A stretch of 62,730 nt of DNA, counting the filler, from Collodictyon triciliatum (lineage: Eukaryota), in the NCBI GenBank assembly GCA_043381765.1. It is 39 parts of 39 records of this genome, joined end to end, with 100 filler letters (N's around TTAATTAATTAA, not from the genome) between each part and the next. Parts side by side here need not be neighbours in the genome. Positions count along the whole stretch, not along the records: positions 25,851 to 27,361 come from JBHJMP010010885.1; positions 27,462 to 28,972 come from JBHJMP010010886.1; positions 29,073 to 30,582 come from JBHJMP010010887.1; positions 30,683 to 32,192 come from JBHJMP010010888.1; positions 32,293 to 33,801 come from JBHJMP010010889.1; positions 33,902 to 35,410 come from JBHJMP010010890.1; positions 35,511 to 37,019 come from JBHJMP010010891.1; positions 37,120 to 38,627 come from JBHJMP010010892.1; 31 more parts are not named here. The stretch is one strand, 5' to 3'. Position 1 is the first letter of the stretch; every line of letters starts with the position of its first letter. The position numbers and the translations under genes are program-made. This document shows positions 26,036 to 38,861 of the stretch, piece after piece. The notes beneath the pieces are model-generated. The model worked only from the letters and a program-made list of their open reading frames with translations, ran no database searches and was not told where the DNA came from.

Positions 26036-26803
26036 ATTCAGTGAATATAAACCAATTGGACGAAAAGTTCATGTTGTCAATTCCAAATTCGGGTTGAGGA
26101 TTTCTGTCACGATTTTCGAACCATTCAAAGAAAATTACCCAAAATACCCCACATTAAGGCCAATATGAATAATCTGTCAAGCTTGGCTAATAATAGCGAT
26201 TTGATGTAAGTCGTTTGCTATCTATACTATTTTCTTAGCGCACAAGAGAAGCCGACTTTTTTTTCAATTGATTTGCAGCATTTTTGGGTCTGTGCAAGGT
26301 GTTTCTGTGTCGCATTTGTAATTGAAACATTCAATGACGGTGCACCATAAGTAAAATCATCATTATGTATAAAATTAATAATTATTTTAATTCAGGTATA
26401 GAAAGATAATTGATATAAATGTCTATTATAATTTTTTTCCTTTATTAGATTCAAAGAAATGTCTATTATAATTAAATATGATATTATTTAAATATTATCC
26501 ACTTTTGTATAATTGACGCCAATATAACGACTTCCTATTCCGTGAAAACGGATTTCAGTTACATGCACCACAGGCTCGCGGAAGAATCAGCTTTTTTTTC
26601 CTGCAACGCAACCAATCAACAAAACCAATCAACGGCTACTATTATTCTTTTTCTCAAGGTTGAAGAAGGGGCGTAGCAGAGAATATTTTTGATTCTCCTT
26701 TATTCAGATGCGGGTGCGATAGGGATGTGTGGGGATTGGGATTAACAAAGGGTCAAGCGAATGCTACAAAACCCATGAAATGGACGAGGGGGTGGGGCGG
26801 TGA

Positions 26804-27361
26804 TTAGGTGCGCTTGGCCTCCTCAATGAGATTGAGGGCGGCTCGGATGTGAACGTTTTTGAGCTCAGGGACAAGCTCTCTGAGCTCCTCCTCGGTCAGT
26901 AAGACAAACTCGGCACCTCCTATCTCATTGTCGAAGCATGCCTGAATCAGCCTTGGGTTGGCCTTCCTAGTTTTCAGGTGCTGCTCTAACTCTTCAATGC
27001 CCAAGTCCTTAACAGAGCCCGTCCTTGGAGCGGCCGGGACAGCGGTGGGATTGGAAATGATGCCCTTGAGCCCGGCCTCGACCTGCTGAGCAGTGATGCG
27101 AGTCTCATACGTTCTCTCCCAGCACTTGTGGATAAGGGCTGAGAGGTTAGAAGGACAGGTTGTTGGGAGAGGAAGCATTTTACCGTTCGTCACACAGGAG
27201 CCAACCTGGCCGTCCGTCATGCCCTCATACGGGTACTTGCCGCTCAGCATGGACCAGAGCACCACGCCGTACGAGTAGACGTCGCTGGGCAGCCCCATGC
27301 CCATGCCGATCTCGAAGGCCTCGGGCGGCGACCATTTCTTGGTGCCTTTGAAGCCGCTTGC
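26804..27361 (-). CDS. TKL-like protein kinase C-lobe + C-terminal SAM-like domain (5' partial)
   Basis: GFKGTKKWSPPEAF..SDVYSYGVVLWSM..PY..CW..R covers kinase subdomains VIII-XI. FDNEIGGAEFVLLTEEELRELV is SAM-like. Confidence 0.9.
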   Translation of the reverse strand, partial: ASGFKGTKKWSPPEAFEIGMGMGLPSDVYSYGVVLWSMLSGKYPYEGMTDGQVGSCVTNGKMLPLPTTCPSNLSALIHKCWERTYETRITAQQVEAGLKGIISNPTAVPAAPRTGSVKDLGIEELEQHLKTRKANPRLIQACFDNEIGGAEFVLLTEEELRELVPELKNVHIRAALNLIEEAKRT

Positions 27362-27471
27362 NNNNNNNNNNNNNNNNNNNNNNNNNNNNNNNNNNNNNNN
27401 NNNNNTTAATTAATTAANNNNNNNNNNNNNNNNNNNNNNNNNNNNNNNNNNNNNNNNNNNNTTTTTTTTTT

Positions 27472-27503
<32 letters not shown>

Positions 27504-28803
27504 TCTTTTTTCTTTTTTCTTTTTTCTTTTTTCTTTTTTCTTTTTTTTCTTTATCTTAATCTTAATCTTTGTTTTTTGTTTTTGTTTTTTTTTCAAGAGG
27601 AGGGAGGGGTGAAAGGGAGTACGCCTGTCTTTGGTATGGGAAACTTGGCTTGCACGAAAGGCTGATGTACCTGAAGGACGGAGGTAATATGGCGTTGGTG
27701 CGAGAAGTGGGCTTCAGAAAAGACGTGTCATAGTGGCAATCCTTCTCCAAGCGCTTTGAAGGCGATGTCGATCCCTCGCGTTGTGCCATCAGGCGAAGGG
27801 AGCAGTGTGATGTGTCTCTGTCCTTTTGGTCGGGCCCGAGCTTATGTTTCCTACAGCCCAACCAAACCCCTTAAGAGAAAATAGGGATGGAAGGCTCAAG
27901 ATTCCTTTGGGTGTTTCCCCGCTTCGATGTAGAGGGCTGGATTCTTGTCTCATGATCAGGGCTTGGGACCCCAGATAGAGCCCACGAAATACAAACGCCT
28001 GGTATTATTTTCCCACAGCGTCTTCCAAGCGAAGCATACTCGAGTCAGCCTCTGCCTGATCAAAGCATTCATTTCGAACAGGATTCAAAAAAAAAATCAG
28101 TGACTAATGGCGGCAAAATTAAAATCTATTTTCAGCTATTTTCCACTTGAGTGCGCCAACTGAATATAATATTGGAATTTATTCATGTATCTCATATAAA
28201 ATTGTGCACTTCACTATTGAACAAGCATTTATACAAAAAAAAAATATTTATATACTAATAATCAACATTTAATTGGGTCAACCGCCCGTGGGGTCTCCGG
28301 CTCTGTTGCGTCAGTCATCAGTTACGCAGAATCTTGGTCGCAACGGACGAAATTTCTCATTATAGTGACCAACGCAGCCTTATTCCATGGAAATGGATTG
28401 TGTTTTAAAATAGATAAGGATTGAAACCAAATGATTTCACCAGGAATGTTCAAAAGCTGCAATCGCACAGCCTTTCCTGTGGGGTTTGGGTCGTGTGGGA
28501 GGATATACAAGCGTGTTGGGCGACGCGCAGCCAAGCGCCAGTTGAAAGGGACGGGAAATTACGATTTCGTGACCATGAATAACCATGCGAATCTGTTTGT
28601 CGTATTCCCGCGACAAAACACTTGTTTCCTTTGTGATCTGGGCACCCGCCACCAGACAGGGCTTTTGCCTCATGCATCCATCCAGTTCAGTGCGCCGGAG
28701 CTTTTATTTTCTTTTCGATTTTATATATTTATTTTTTTTCTCTCTTCCCTTTTCCCTTCTCCTTTTTGTCTTTTTTCTTCTTTTTTTGTTTTTATTTCTT
28801 TAG

Positions 28804-28886
<83 letters not shown>

Positions 28887-30497
28887 CAAGTTCCTTTTTT
28901 CTCGACTTTAGTTTTTATTCTTTGTTTTACCCTCGGAGTATTCTCTCGATCGACACGGTGATGATAATGAAANNNNNNNNNNNNNNNNNNNNNNNNNNNN
29001 NNNNNNNNNNNNNNNNTTAATTAATTAANNNNNNNNNNNNNNNNNNNNNNNNNNNNNNNNNNNNNNNNNNNNTTTTAAGATAGCCGCATAGTATCATGCT
29101 TGCTTTTTATGCACCATAGGTTTATAACCTTCCCCATCTTGACTGAAGCTCATCACAGTGTGCAAAAGGGTCGCTGTGCTCACGGTTGTTGTAGTGATAT
29201 ATCTCAAGCTACGTTAGACTGCTATTAGGACTCGAGTAAAATGTTTGTTTGTTTGTTTGTTTGTTTGTTTGTTTGTTTGTTTGTTTGTTTGTTTGTTTGT
29301 TTGTTTGTTTGTTTGTTTGTTTGTTTGTTTGTTTGTTTGTTTTGGAAAAAAAAAACAACTTGTATGTTAACTATTGTGCTTGAAGCAGTTGTGGAAAATG
29401 AAAGAGTTGTGAGAACATGGCAAGTCATACGAGCTATTTTAGAGCTGCGCAACCAAAAGAAAGAAAAGAAAAGAAAAGAAAAGAAAAGAAAAGAAAAGAA
29501 ACCTCCAGCATTCGAAGCGGAGTTCGGTTTGCTACTATGACGCAGTCGGAAAGCAGAAACTTTGTGAAGGCCTCTCTGGCTGGAATGACGGACGATGCCA
29601 TCCCGTTGCCGATATCTATGCTGTTGATGCTGAGTATTTACAGGTATGCCCCAAAAGGACTGGAGGGAAAAGGGGGAAAAAAATAGTGGAAAAGGAGCCC
29701 CAGCAAGAGAGTGAAGAAAACCAGATGCGTGATTGAGCGATGACTGATGTTTGGTGTATGAGGAAGGAGTTGGAAGATGCCTTTTTGACTCAGCGGAATT
29801 TATGATTATATGTGGAAATTATAATAATATTACTATTAATCATATAATATAATTTATTGGAAAATCATAATACTTACCAAAATATTATATAATTACATTC
29901 TGATACATAAAATGACACGGCGAACTTTCTGACGCCAGCTTCGACCATTTTCTCTCTTTTGCCAACCACCACATGGAAAACCCGGCGTCTGTGATCCCGT
30001 GCAGGAATCCGGCAAGTTGCACGCGAATCACCACTTCATTCTACTTATCCAAAAACCCGACTCCTTCTTTTTTCATTTGTATTTTTTCTTCTTCTTCATC
30101 TTTGTCCTCGTGCGAAAGGCAACCTTAAAATGGACTGTCTGTTTTGCGGACGGAAATGATCAGGGCTGCACGGTCGGTTTTCTGACAGGGCGAATCACAC
30201 ACGACGCTTTGTTGCTGCTTGTGCGCTGCCGCTCGTGTCCCTTTTTGCTCCTTTTTCTTTCTCCTTTTTCTTTCTCCTTCCCCCTGGCAAATATTCTGGT
30301 GACTATTGAACTGTGGTTGGCTTTTGGCGTGGAAGGGGAAACTTTTGATCTCTCGATAACTTTTCAGGAGCGAGAGTTGCAGCGATTCTCTTTCTTTCCT
30401 TTCTTTTCTTTCTTTCTTTCTCATTTTCTTTTTTTTTCTTTTCTTTTCTTTCTTTTTCTTTTCTTTTTCTTTTCTTTTCTTTCTTTTTCTTTTCTTT

Positions 30498-30581
<84 letters not shown>

Positions 30582-30719
30582 TNNNNNNNNNNNNNNNNNN
30601 NNNNNNNNNNNNNNNNNNNNNNNNNNTTAATTAATTAANNNNNNNNNNNNNNNNNNNNNNNNNNNNNNNNNNNNNNNNNNNNAAAAAGCAGTTATCTTCA
30701 TTAGCGAAAAAAAAAAAAA

Positions 30720-31646
30720 AAAAATAACATAGTTTAATGGATGCACGCAACTTTAATCTGGTTTACATGGTGGATGAGACAGGTAAGAAATTCCGTTATA
30801 TGGCGCACCAAAGACATGATAGCAAACCTCTTAAAAATCACAAAATACTCTTGCAAGAAAAAAAAGAAAAGTACGATGATTTCAGGGATATGCATGGCAA
30901 CAGGTTTACAAAGTGCTGTTTATTTTGGTGCCATGACTTTTGAAGAGTGTCAGCGGTTTGAGACACCAAGAGTATCTTTAATCGATTTAGAGACAGAACT
31001 GAGTAAACATAATTCATGCATGGTCGGTTATGAATAATTTCGAAAATATGTATCTATGAAATCAAGATACCAGATAGAATTATCCATATTTTATGAACAA
31101 GTAACTTTTCGAAAGATGATATGGAGACAGTATTGTTAATACAAAAAGTGAGCAGTTGTTTATGGACCGATTCGAAAAGGCATTTGGCAAGGATGTTGTA
31201 CTGGTGAATGGAGACTGGAACAGAAAATCTCAGATGAACCATTTTATGCCAAAAATCGGAAGAGGATTACGAAAAATACTATCCAAATGTTCTGAAGCAG
31301 TTAGTGTGGATGGATTTAGAACCTCCAAGATGTGGTGTATCTGCGGAAAAGAACTGGAATATATGAATCCGAAAGGAAATTCAAAAAAAAAGGTGTATAG
31401 TTGTCTCATATGTAAAGAATGCAATCGCTCGAAAGCAAAGAAAGTGTATTTTTGACAAGGGACTTTAACAGCGCTCAAAATATACTCATGAAAGTTTTTT
31501 TAACCTTTCATAATATGCATACACCTTCCTCTAAAAAAATAGGCTGTCGGGTCTTTCCTGGCGGCCTTCACCACTGCACGGTCATGGTGAAAAAAGTGGT
31601 GAGACCTTGGATGCTAGCACACCAGGTTTACTATTCGGAAGATTGA
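30720..31646 (+). pseudogene. Fanzor1 (eukaryotic TnpB-family RuvC RNA-guided nuclease), decayed C-terminal half
   Basis: Across frames, in the order expected for Fanzor1: MDARNFNLVYMVDETGKKFRYMAHQR (RuvC-I region), IDLETELSKHNS, FYEQVTFRKMIWRQY, FGKDVVLVNGDWNRKSQMNHFMP..GRGLRKIL, VDGFRTSK (RuvC-II, E to G), WCIC/CKEC zinc finger, TRDFNSAQNI (RuvC-III). Stops and frameshifts are present. Confidence 0.88.
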
Positions 31647-31711
31647 TATACTCCTTCTAGTGAATATTATAATTGATACAAGTTCAATTGAATTTAAAAA
31701 ATCAAGGCGTA
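31520..31711 (+). ncRNA. Candidate Fanzor omegaRNA scaffold / element right end
   Basis: Lies directly 3' of RuvC-III. Pairings: TCACCACT(31568-75)/AGTGGTGA(31595-602), GGTCT/AGACC and CCTGG/CCAGG. Boundaries are inferred. Confidence 0.45.
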
Positions 31712-32097
31712 CACCACATACGATACTGCCAATCCCGCCGCCCTGTCCTTATCTGCGCAGTCTTTTTTCTCTCTTCCTGGCGCTCTGCCCTTTACTTTCC
31801 ACGCAGTATACTTTCCTGGGCTTTGCAGGCCAGTCGTGTGAGAAACGAGGCTGATCTCCGTGCCACCGCCGCGTATCAGCACGAATCGCCATTCCCTTCA
31901 CAACCCGCACATGAATCTGCCCTTTGCGATCATTTAGAAACAGCAGCGCGACTCACAAAAAAAGAAACAAAAAACAAAAAAAAACAAAAAAAAACAGAAA
32001 AAAGAAACAAAGAAACAGAAAAAAAAACAGAAAAAGAAGAGTCCAAAACAAAACAGAAAAGTTAGTTTAAAACAAAACGGAAAAAACAGGCAACAAC

Positions 32098-32192
32098 ATG
32101 TTCCAGTCCTTCCCGAGCAGCCAACCGCACATCTCCGTGACCTGCGACCTATGCAACACACACCCGATCATCGGCGCGCGCTTTGTGTGCCT
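32098..32192 (+). CDS. ZZ-type zinc finger exon (partial)
   Basis: QPHISVTCDLCNTHPIIGARFVC matches the ZZ consensus H-x-x-V-x-CD-x-C-x3-PI-x-G-x-RF-x-C. Confidence 0.8.
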
Positions 32193-32430
32193 NNNNNNNN
32201 NNNNNNNNNNNNNNNNNNNNNNNNNNNNNNNNNNNNTTAATTAATTAANNNNNNNNNNNNNNNNNNNNNNNNNNNNNNNNNNNNNNNNNNNNAACAATAA
32301 CAATAATAACAATAATAACAATAATAACAATAATAACAATAATAACAATAATAACAATAATAACAATAATAACAATAATAACAATAATAATAATAATAAT
32401 AACAACAATAATAACAACAACAACAACAAC

Positions 32431-32475
<45 letters not shown>

Positions 32476-32504
32476 GTCAGTAAATATGTTGTTTGGTAGA
32501 TGTT

Positions 32505-33760
32505 TGTCTATAGAGATACACCACAGATATATACAAGTATTTGTAACAAATTAAAGCGAATAGATTATACTTCAGGAATTGTATTGCGTCTTCAAATTCC
32601 AGCTGAAGAAGATTGTCTGCGATAAAAAATCAGGGTAGTTTAAAAGGAGTCTAACCATAATTGGTTTACAATCAAATTAAAAGAGAATGAACATATAAGA
32701 ATGCATTTTTTTTCAACATCTGAAACAATATCAGCTTGTGTTGAGATACTCACTTTCGTAGTGGGACAATATAGAAAGGGCTATTTTCAAAAGAAAACAC
32801 ATATCCCTTTCTGCCAAATAAAAGTCCCATATCCTCGACACAACTAGCGGTAAAAATTAAGTGTTTTTATTTTTATTTTAAAAAAATATACTTACAGTGC
32901 GAATTGAATGAGACAAAAACCTTCTAATGGGAAATCGTATGAGAAGACAGTAAGTAGCCATTGATTCAAATAAACAGAAGTTTCAATCCCCAGTTGTTTC
33001 TGTGTGAATTAGTAGAAAATAAAAGCAAAATATATTAAAAAGAGCACTATTTAAGAAAATAATTTTTCAAATACAACTAACTTCCAAAAAAAAAAAATAT
33101 AGAGTGCGATGAGCCCATATAAGGTAAAAAAATCCTCGGGGTTGTAATCGGCCAATATAAAAAAATAAAAAATAATGTGTTCGTACGAAGTGTTTGTGCA
33201 GCTTTGGCTTATGAATTTCCAGGAGGATGTCAAACTAGAACAAAAGATAATAAATTGACAACATCAGAAGGTTCTAAATTTTCAAAGTAAAATCTAAATT
33301 CATGGATATGGAAGAGCAAAAGCCTAAAAAGCGTGAATACTTGAAAGTTGAGAAGTAGAACACCCCGACTGCCGAGCTGAAAAAGTTCGATGAGCTTGTA
33401 CTCATTCATCATTTGCACGAATGCCCAGAAGGCATCCTGTAATTAGAAAGCGTTTAGGAGGCAACCGCCATATCATAAACCATAGTATTATTGAATATCA
33501 TGACCATAAGCTCTATGTTTTCTATTGAACGGCGTTACTTCGGGTGATAGATGGAGCAGGAGAATTCCAGCTATGAAATTCATTCCTTGACAATACCCAG
33601 TTTTACTGTCATAAACTGCATATGCTTTCAATAGCTGACAGAGCATGGACTGCCTGATTTTTTTAATTATAGATGTTAGTTGTATGACATGTAATAAACT
33701 ATGTATTCAAATCATATACCCAGGACCGTTGATTGCCAACACCCCCCCTCGGTCCTGCAC
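32505..33760 (-). CDS. TBC-domain Rab GTPase-activating protein, multi-exon (partial; boundaries approximate)
   Basis: LLKAYAVYDSKTGYCQGMNFIAGILLL, DAFWAFVQMM, YLNQWLLTVFSYDFP and RIWDFYLAERDMCFLLKIAL. Confidence 0.92.
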
Positions 33761-35690
33761 AAAATTGAAAAGAAAAAAAAAAAAAAAAAAAAAAATACCC
33801 ANNNNNNNNNNNNNNNNNNNNNNNNNNNNNNNNNNNNNNNNNNNNTTAATTAATTAANNNNNNNNNNNNNNNNNNNNNNNNNNNNNNNNNNNNNNNNNNN
33901 NACAAAAAAACAAAAAAACAAAAAAACAAAAAAACAAAAAAACAAAAAAACAAAAAAACAAAAAAACAAAAAAACAAACAAAAAAACAAAAAAACAAAAA
34001 AACAAAAAAACAAAAAAACAAAAAAACAAAAAACAAAACAAAAAATGCGATAATTTGATATTTGGTAAATAAAATGACCTCGTTTACTCAAAAATAAGGC
34101 TGGGTCGTTCGCCAGAGTGATAGACAGACTAAATCTTCTATTAGTTGCACAGAGAAGTAGGCTGGTCGCTCTTTGTCACGCAGCTTCTGCAGACATTTAT
34201 ACTTTGGTTCTTGTGGGAGATGAATATTCTGTAGCTTTGGGTGAGAAACTATGCTCGGTTCAGTCTTCGCTTGGGTCTGTGTATTTTTCAGTAGTACTCT
34301 AACCTTTTTACACTATTATCATTTTATATTGCATCAGATACACGTTGTAGTATTATTCTGTATTATTTGGGGTTATTTTAATTATTTTGTATGTATAGTA
34401 TTGTCTGCCTTTATTTATTTCTTCTATAAACTCTGCGCGAGTAAAAATCGAATTAATTCAAACAATGACGACGCATATTGTTAGACATGTCGACTCTGAC
34501 ATCTTGCAAATAAGCTGGTATGATAAACCTGGAGCTGTTTTTCTTGCCTTTCGAACCTTACAGAGAATTCAAGTGTTCCGATATGATGAACAAGAGTACG
34601 CATTTTTTCAATGTATAACATATAAAAAAATAATATTTCAAAGCCAGATGCTATGAGTGAATAACAATGTTTAGGTTCACAGTGTAATAAATTTGCTTTC
34701 TCTAGAAAAAAAATTCTACCAAACAACATATTCTTTCAGGAATGCAATAAAAATTGGAGATTTTGTTGGAATCCAGTCTATCCCATACTAAGTGTACGTT
34801 TCAATCCAAGATTACCTTAATCAACAAGTTTGAAATATGAATGACCTTGAATCAAAGAAAGGAAAATAAAGTTTAAAATATGAATTATACAATTTTTTTT
34901 CGAGAAACTGGCTTTATAAAATTGCAGATAGTACATGATAACATAGTCGAGTTACACAAAATGGGGACACCAGAGGGCAAAAGGATAATTGATATAGGAG
35001 AAAAGGTTTATTTTGTATCAAAATCGTGAGGTAGTATAATATGCATGATTAGGTTTGATTTTGAGAGAAAATGCTTGTTTCCATTAGAGTCTTATAGCAT
35101 CCACCACATGGAATTCATCAGGAGACACGCTTGCCTTGTGCGTAATACGTTCATCGTCTTAGTGCATATAATATGCACATAATATTCATATTCTGTCACT
35201 TATGACACGCAGATTAACTGCAAATCTAATCGCAACCTTAACGTGGGACAAGACGCACGAACTTGAATATCTTGAAAAGGTCTTACAAAAATGACACAAA
35301 CAACGAAATTACAATAATAATTACAATAATAATTACAATAATAATTACAATAATAATTACAATAATAATTACAATAATAATTACAATAATAATTACAATA
35401 ATAATTACAANNNNNNNNNNNNNNNNNNNNNNNNNNNNNNNNNNNNNNNNNNNNTTAATTAATTAANNNNNNNNNNNNNNNNNNNNNNNNNNNNNNNNNN
35501 NNNNNNNNNNAAAAAAAAACAAAAAACAAAAAACAAAAAACAAAAAACAAAAAACAAAAAACAAAAAACAAAAAACAAAAAACAAAAAACAAAAAACAAA
35601 AAACAAAAACAAAAACAAAAAACGAACGACCTTTTGAATCGTGCCTATTCACTTTCTCTAAAATATTGTTTTTTCACACTCTGTTCATAG

Positions 35691-36185
35691 CTCGGATTAC
35701 GAGGAATAACTGTTTCAGAGTCTGAAAGCATCACCGACGAAGAATTCTTGATGGAAATAATGGAGGTCTTAATCTAATCTATGAGGAATAATAATAACAG
35801 GACTGCGCTCTGTTGGCCTTTTGAAATCAAAACAAAAAACAAAAAACAAAAAACAAAAATCAAAACAAAAAACAAAAAACAAAAAACAAAAAACAAAAAA
35901 CAAAAAACAAAAACCAAAAACCAAAAACCAAAAAACAATCACATGTCTTATTCTTACATGACTTTTGAATCGTACGCATAGATTCGAGAGGCCGTGGACT
36001 CTGCAGAGAGTGTGGAGGAATTACACCAACTCAAGCAGGATAACGAAGAACGGATCAGCTCCTGTTTGCTTCGACTGGACGCGTTCTTCCGCCAAGAAAA
36101 CTGGGCCGCTGCAAAGAGAATCCTCCACCCGCTTCAATATTACATGAAAATTAGAGAAACAATAACAGAAAAGCTTCCCATGTGA
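35691..36185 (+). CDS. HSCB: HscB/Jac1/HSC20 Fe-S cluster co-chaperone, last two exons (35691-35765, 35982-36185)
   Basis: LGLRGI..TDEEFLMEIME | IREAVDSAESVEEL...AFFRQENWAAAKRILHPLQYYMKI matches the HscB C-terminal domain. Confidence 0.85.
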
Positions 36186-37949
36186 GGCGCACCCACAGGC
36201 CAAAGATAAGAGGAAAGGAAATGAAAAAGCAGTGCCATACATGTTTCAATATCAAAAGCTTCAATAAACCAACAAAAGTGAAAAGACTAGGCGGTATAAA
36301 AGTTGTCACTGGTGGCCGAGGCGACGCATTAAAGTATAACAACTATCCGGCATTCGATCCCTTCCACTGTTTTTCATAAGCGTGGTTTATCCCATAAACG
36401 ATGTAGACTGGCATCACGATATTATAGGTAACGATAACAGGGTGCCATGAGTGGTTGTTTGCGCAATCGCAGATTTTTTTGAAGAGAAGGAAAAAAAGTT
36501 AAAAAGAGGCAGGCATTCCAACCAAAAAACAACAATCATTCGTAGAGACCCGCGCATAGTCACAATCCAGATTGTGGGACGAAAGCTCTTTGCGCACGTG
36601 AACAGGGATAAGGGTGATTTGTTGGCCTCAGAGATTCATGTCTTTGATAAACATTCTTAGAAGAGGTTTTCGGCTTCGTCTCTGAAAAAGAAGTAAATAA
36701 TCAATGCAGCCGCGCCGAGCAGTGTTATGACCACGGCTGAAGTCAAGAGAACACACTTGCGGGTAAAAAACGAGTTTCGGTTGCTGCACGTCGTATTTCT
36801 CAGTATTTATATAGAATGCGTCGATATATAGATTTGCGCATGCTGGATAACATAACCAAAGGACTGTTTCATTCGGAAAATAATATAAGTGAAGTGGTAA
36901 CAACAAAAGAGAATAAAAAAAGAGAGAGAATAAAAAAAAGAGAATAAAAAAAAGAGAATAAAAAAAAGAGAATAAAAAAAAGAGAATAAAAAAAAGAGAA
37001 TAAAAAAAAGAGAAAAAAANNNNNNNNNNNNNNNNNNNNNNNNNNNNNNNNNNNNNNNNNNNNTTAATTAATTAANNNNNNNNNNNNNNNNNNNNNNNNN
37101 NNNNNNNNNNNNNNNNNNNTTTTTTTACTAGGCATAATAGTTTTTGTGTCGTACATTAGTCTCTCTTGGTGCTTCAGGTGATAAAAAAAATGTTTATATT
37201 ACCCTTCCTTTCCCCTCTGCGTATGACACCGATTAATTTTTATTTTATTTTTTTTTATTATTATTCTTCCTTTCAATTTTGTGCAGGATGGTGGAGACGC
37301 TGCCTAAAATATGATTGGTCATAAATGTCAACATAGAGCCCTGTAAACTTCTTAGCTTTCGATACAATTTCAACTAAATTACATCAAATGTAGTGAATAT
37401 TGTTGTCTCATTCGATTTCTCATGCAACATTCAAATGGCTGATGTCTGGTTTTGAACAATCGCTCAGTATGCTTTATCTTACAGAGGGAATTTTGCAATT
37501 TAACCGGCATAAGTAATCAGTGAGGATGAAATCCAACTCACCATGTCCACTTTTTTTTCCGTGTCGCCCCAATTTGATTCCAAATGAAAAAAAAATATGT
37601 ATATATCACTGGTATTGTTTTTATATATAGCACACAGGTTACATTCCACAGAATGCAAACAAATGGATATAACTTTTTATGCCTTCAAAGTCGAGTGAAT
37701 ACATAAAAATAATATTGTCTAGTTTTTATGTGAGATTTTTTTTTAAAAAAAAAAAAACACAAACTAAAATTGAACTTTGCAAGCGTCGCTCATCGACAGT
37801 GCACACGATTGTGGTATGGGTCGATTAAGGTGCTTTCATTTCTTATATATAATTTAATAGATAATTCATTTTGATTGAAATGAATTAATGGATAATATAT
37901 TTGTTATAAATTATATCTCAATATGACTTCAAGAATATATTATTGAGTC

Positions 37950-38508
37950 GTTAAATCACACTATGGAAAAAATATTAGTGAAGCTACGTCGAATGCAGGA
38001 TGTATTAGGGGATTTACCCTGCTGCGGTTGTATTTTTTGTCCTTTTCAATATTAACAATATTACTCGTGCTCCTTCAAAGAGACAGCTACTCAAAAAATC
38101 CTGTTAAGGATATCCCTCATGACTCTGTAAACCTAATTAATTTTCAAGTTGAAAGATTACGGTCAAGATTGACAGAGCAACAGGTATGTTTAATCATGTG
38201 AACATGATATGACCGTAATAACTCTGCATGAATTAACTAGCAAATCAAATGCAAAAAAATTTCTTCTAATGAGCTTCTAAAATCACCTGATGGTTTATTT
38301 ATTTCTTCAAAAATATGAATCAAATAGAACCTTTATCAAATAAACAGCAAGAAATCAATGTCTCCATACAAACGCTACAAGCACTTGAATAAAAATATGG
38401 CTAATTCTGAAGTTCCTCAAAAATCCCGATTTGCGTATGCTACATTCCTTGGTTCGAGGAATTTTGTGGCTGGAACTCAGGTGGTCATGGAATCACTAAG
38501 GTCCTTGG
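37950..38508 (+). CDS. GT8 / glycogenin-like glycosyltransferase N-terminus with probable type II TM anchor (partial)
   Basis: LYFLSFSILTILLVLLQ TM exon, then RFAYATFLGSRNFVAGTQVVMESLRSLG, the first strand-helix motif of GT8. Confidence 0.65.
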
Positions 38509-38861
38509 GTAGGATTTATATTGATTCATTTTTATTCTTTTTATTCTTTTTATTCTTTTTATTCTTTTTATTCTTTTTATTCTTTTTATTCTTTTTATTC
38601 TTTTTATTCTTTTTATTCTTTTTATTCNNNNNNNNNNNNNNNNNNNNNNNNNNNNNNNNNNNNNNNNNNNNTTAATTAATTAANNNNNNNNNNNNNNNNN
38701 NNNNNNNNNNNNNNNNNNNNNNNNNNNTATAGTTTTTTTTTTTTTTATTATCAACAAAAAAAAAATGGATATATTTAAAAAAAAATAGAACGTGAAGGTT
38801 AAAAGAAATTAGAATTTTTGATAAGCTTCAGTATTGAATTTCCTCTGAGAAAAAATAAACC

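Noticed and set aside
37923-37960. In-frame TGA between an ATG and the GT8 TM exon, suggesting a variant genetic code
   Set aside because: TGA is the evident terminator of the HscB and TPR genes and TAG of others. An unrecognised splice or start site is more likely.
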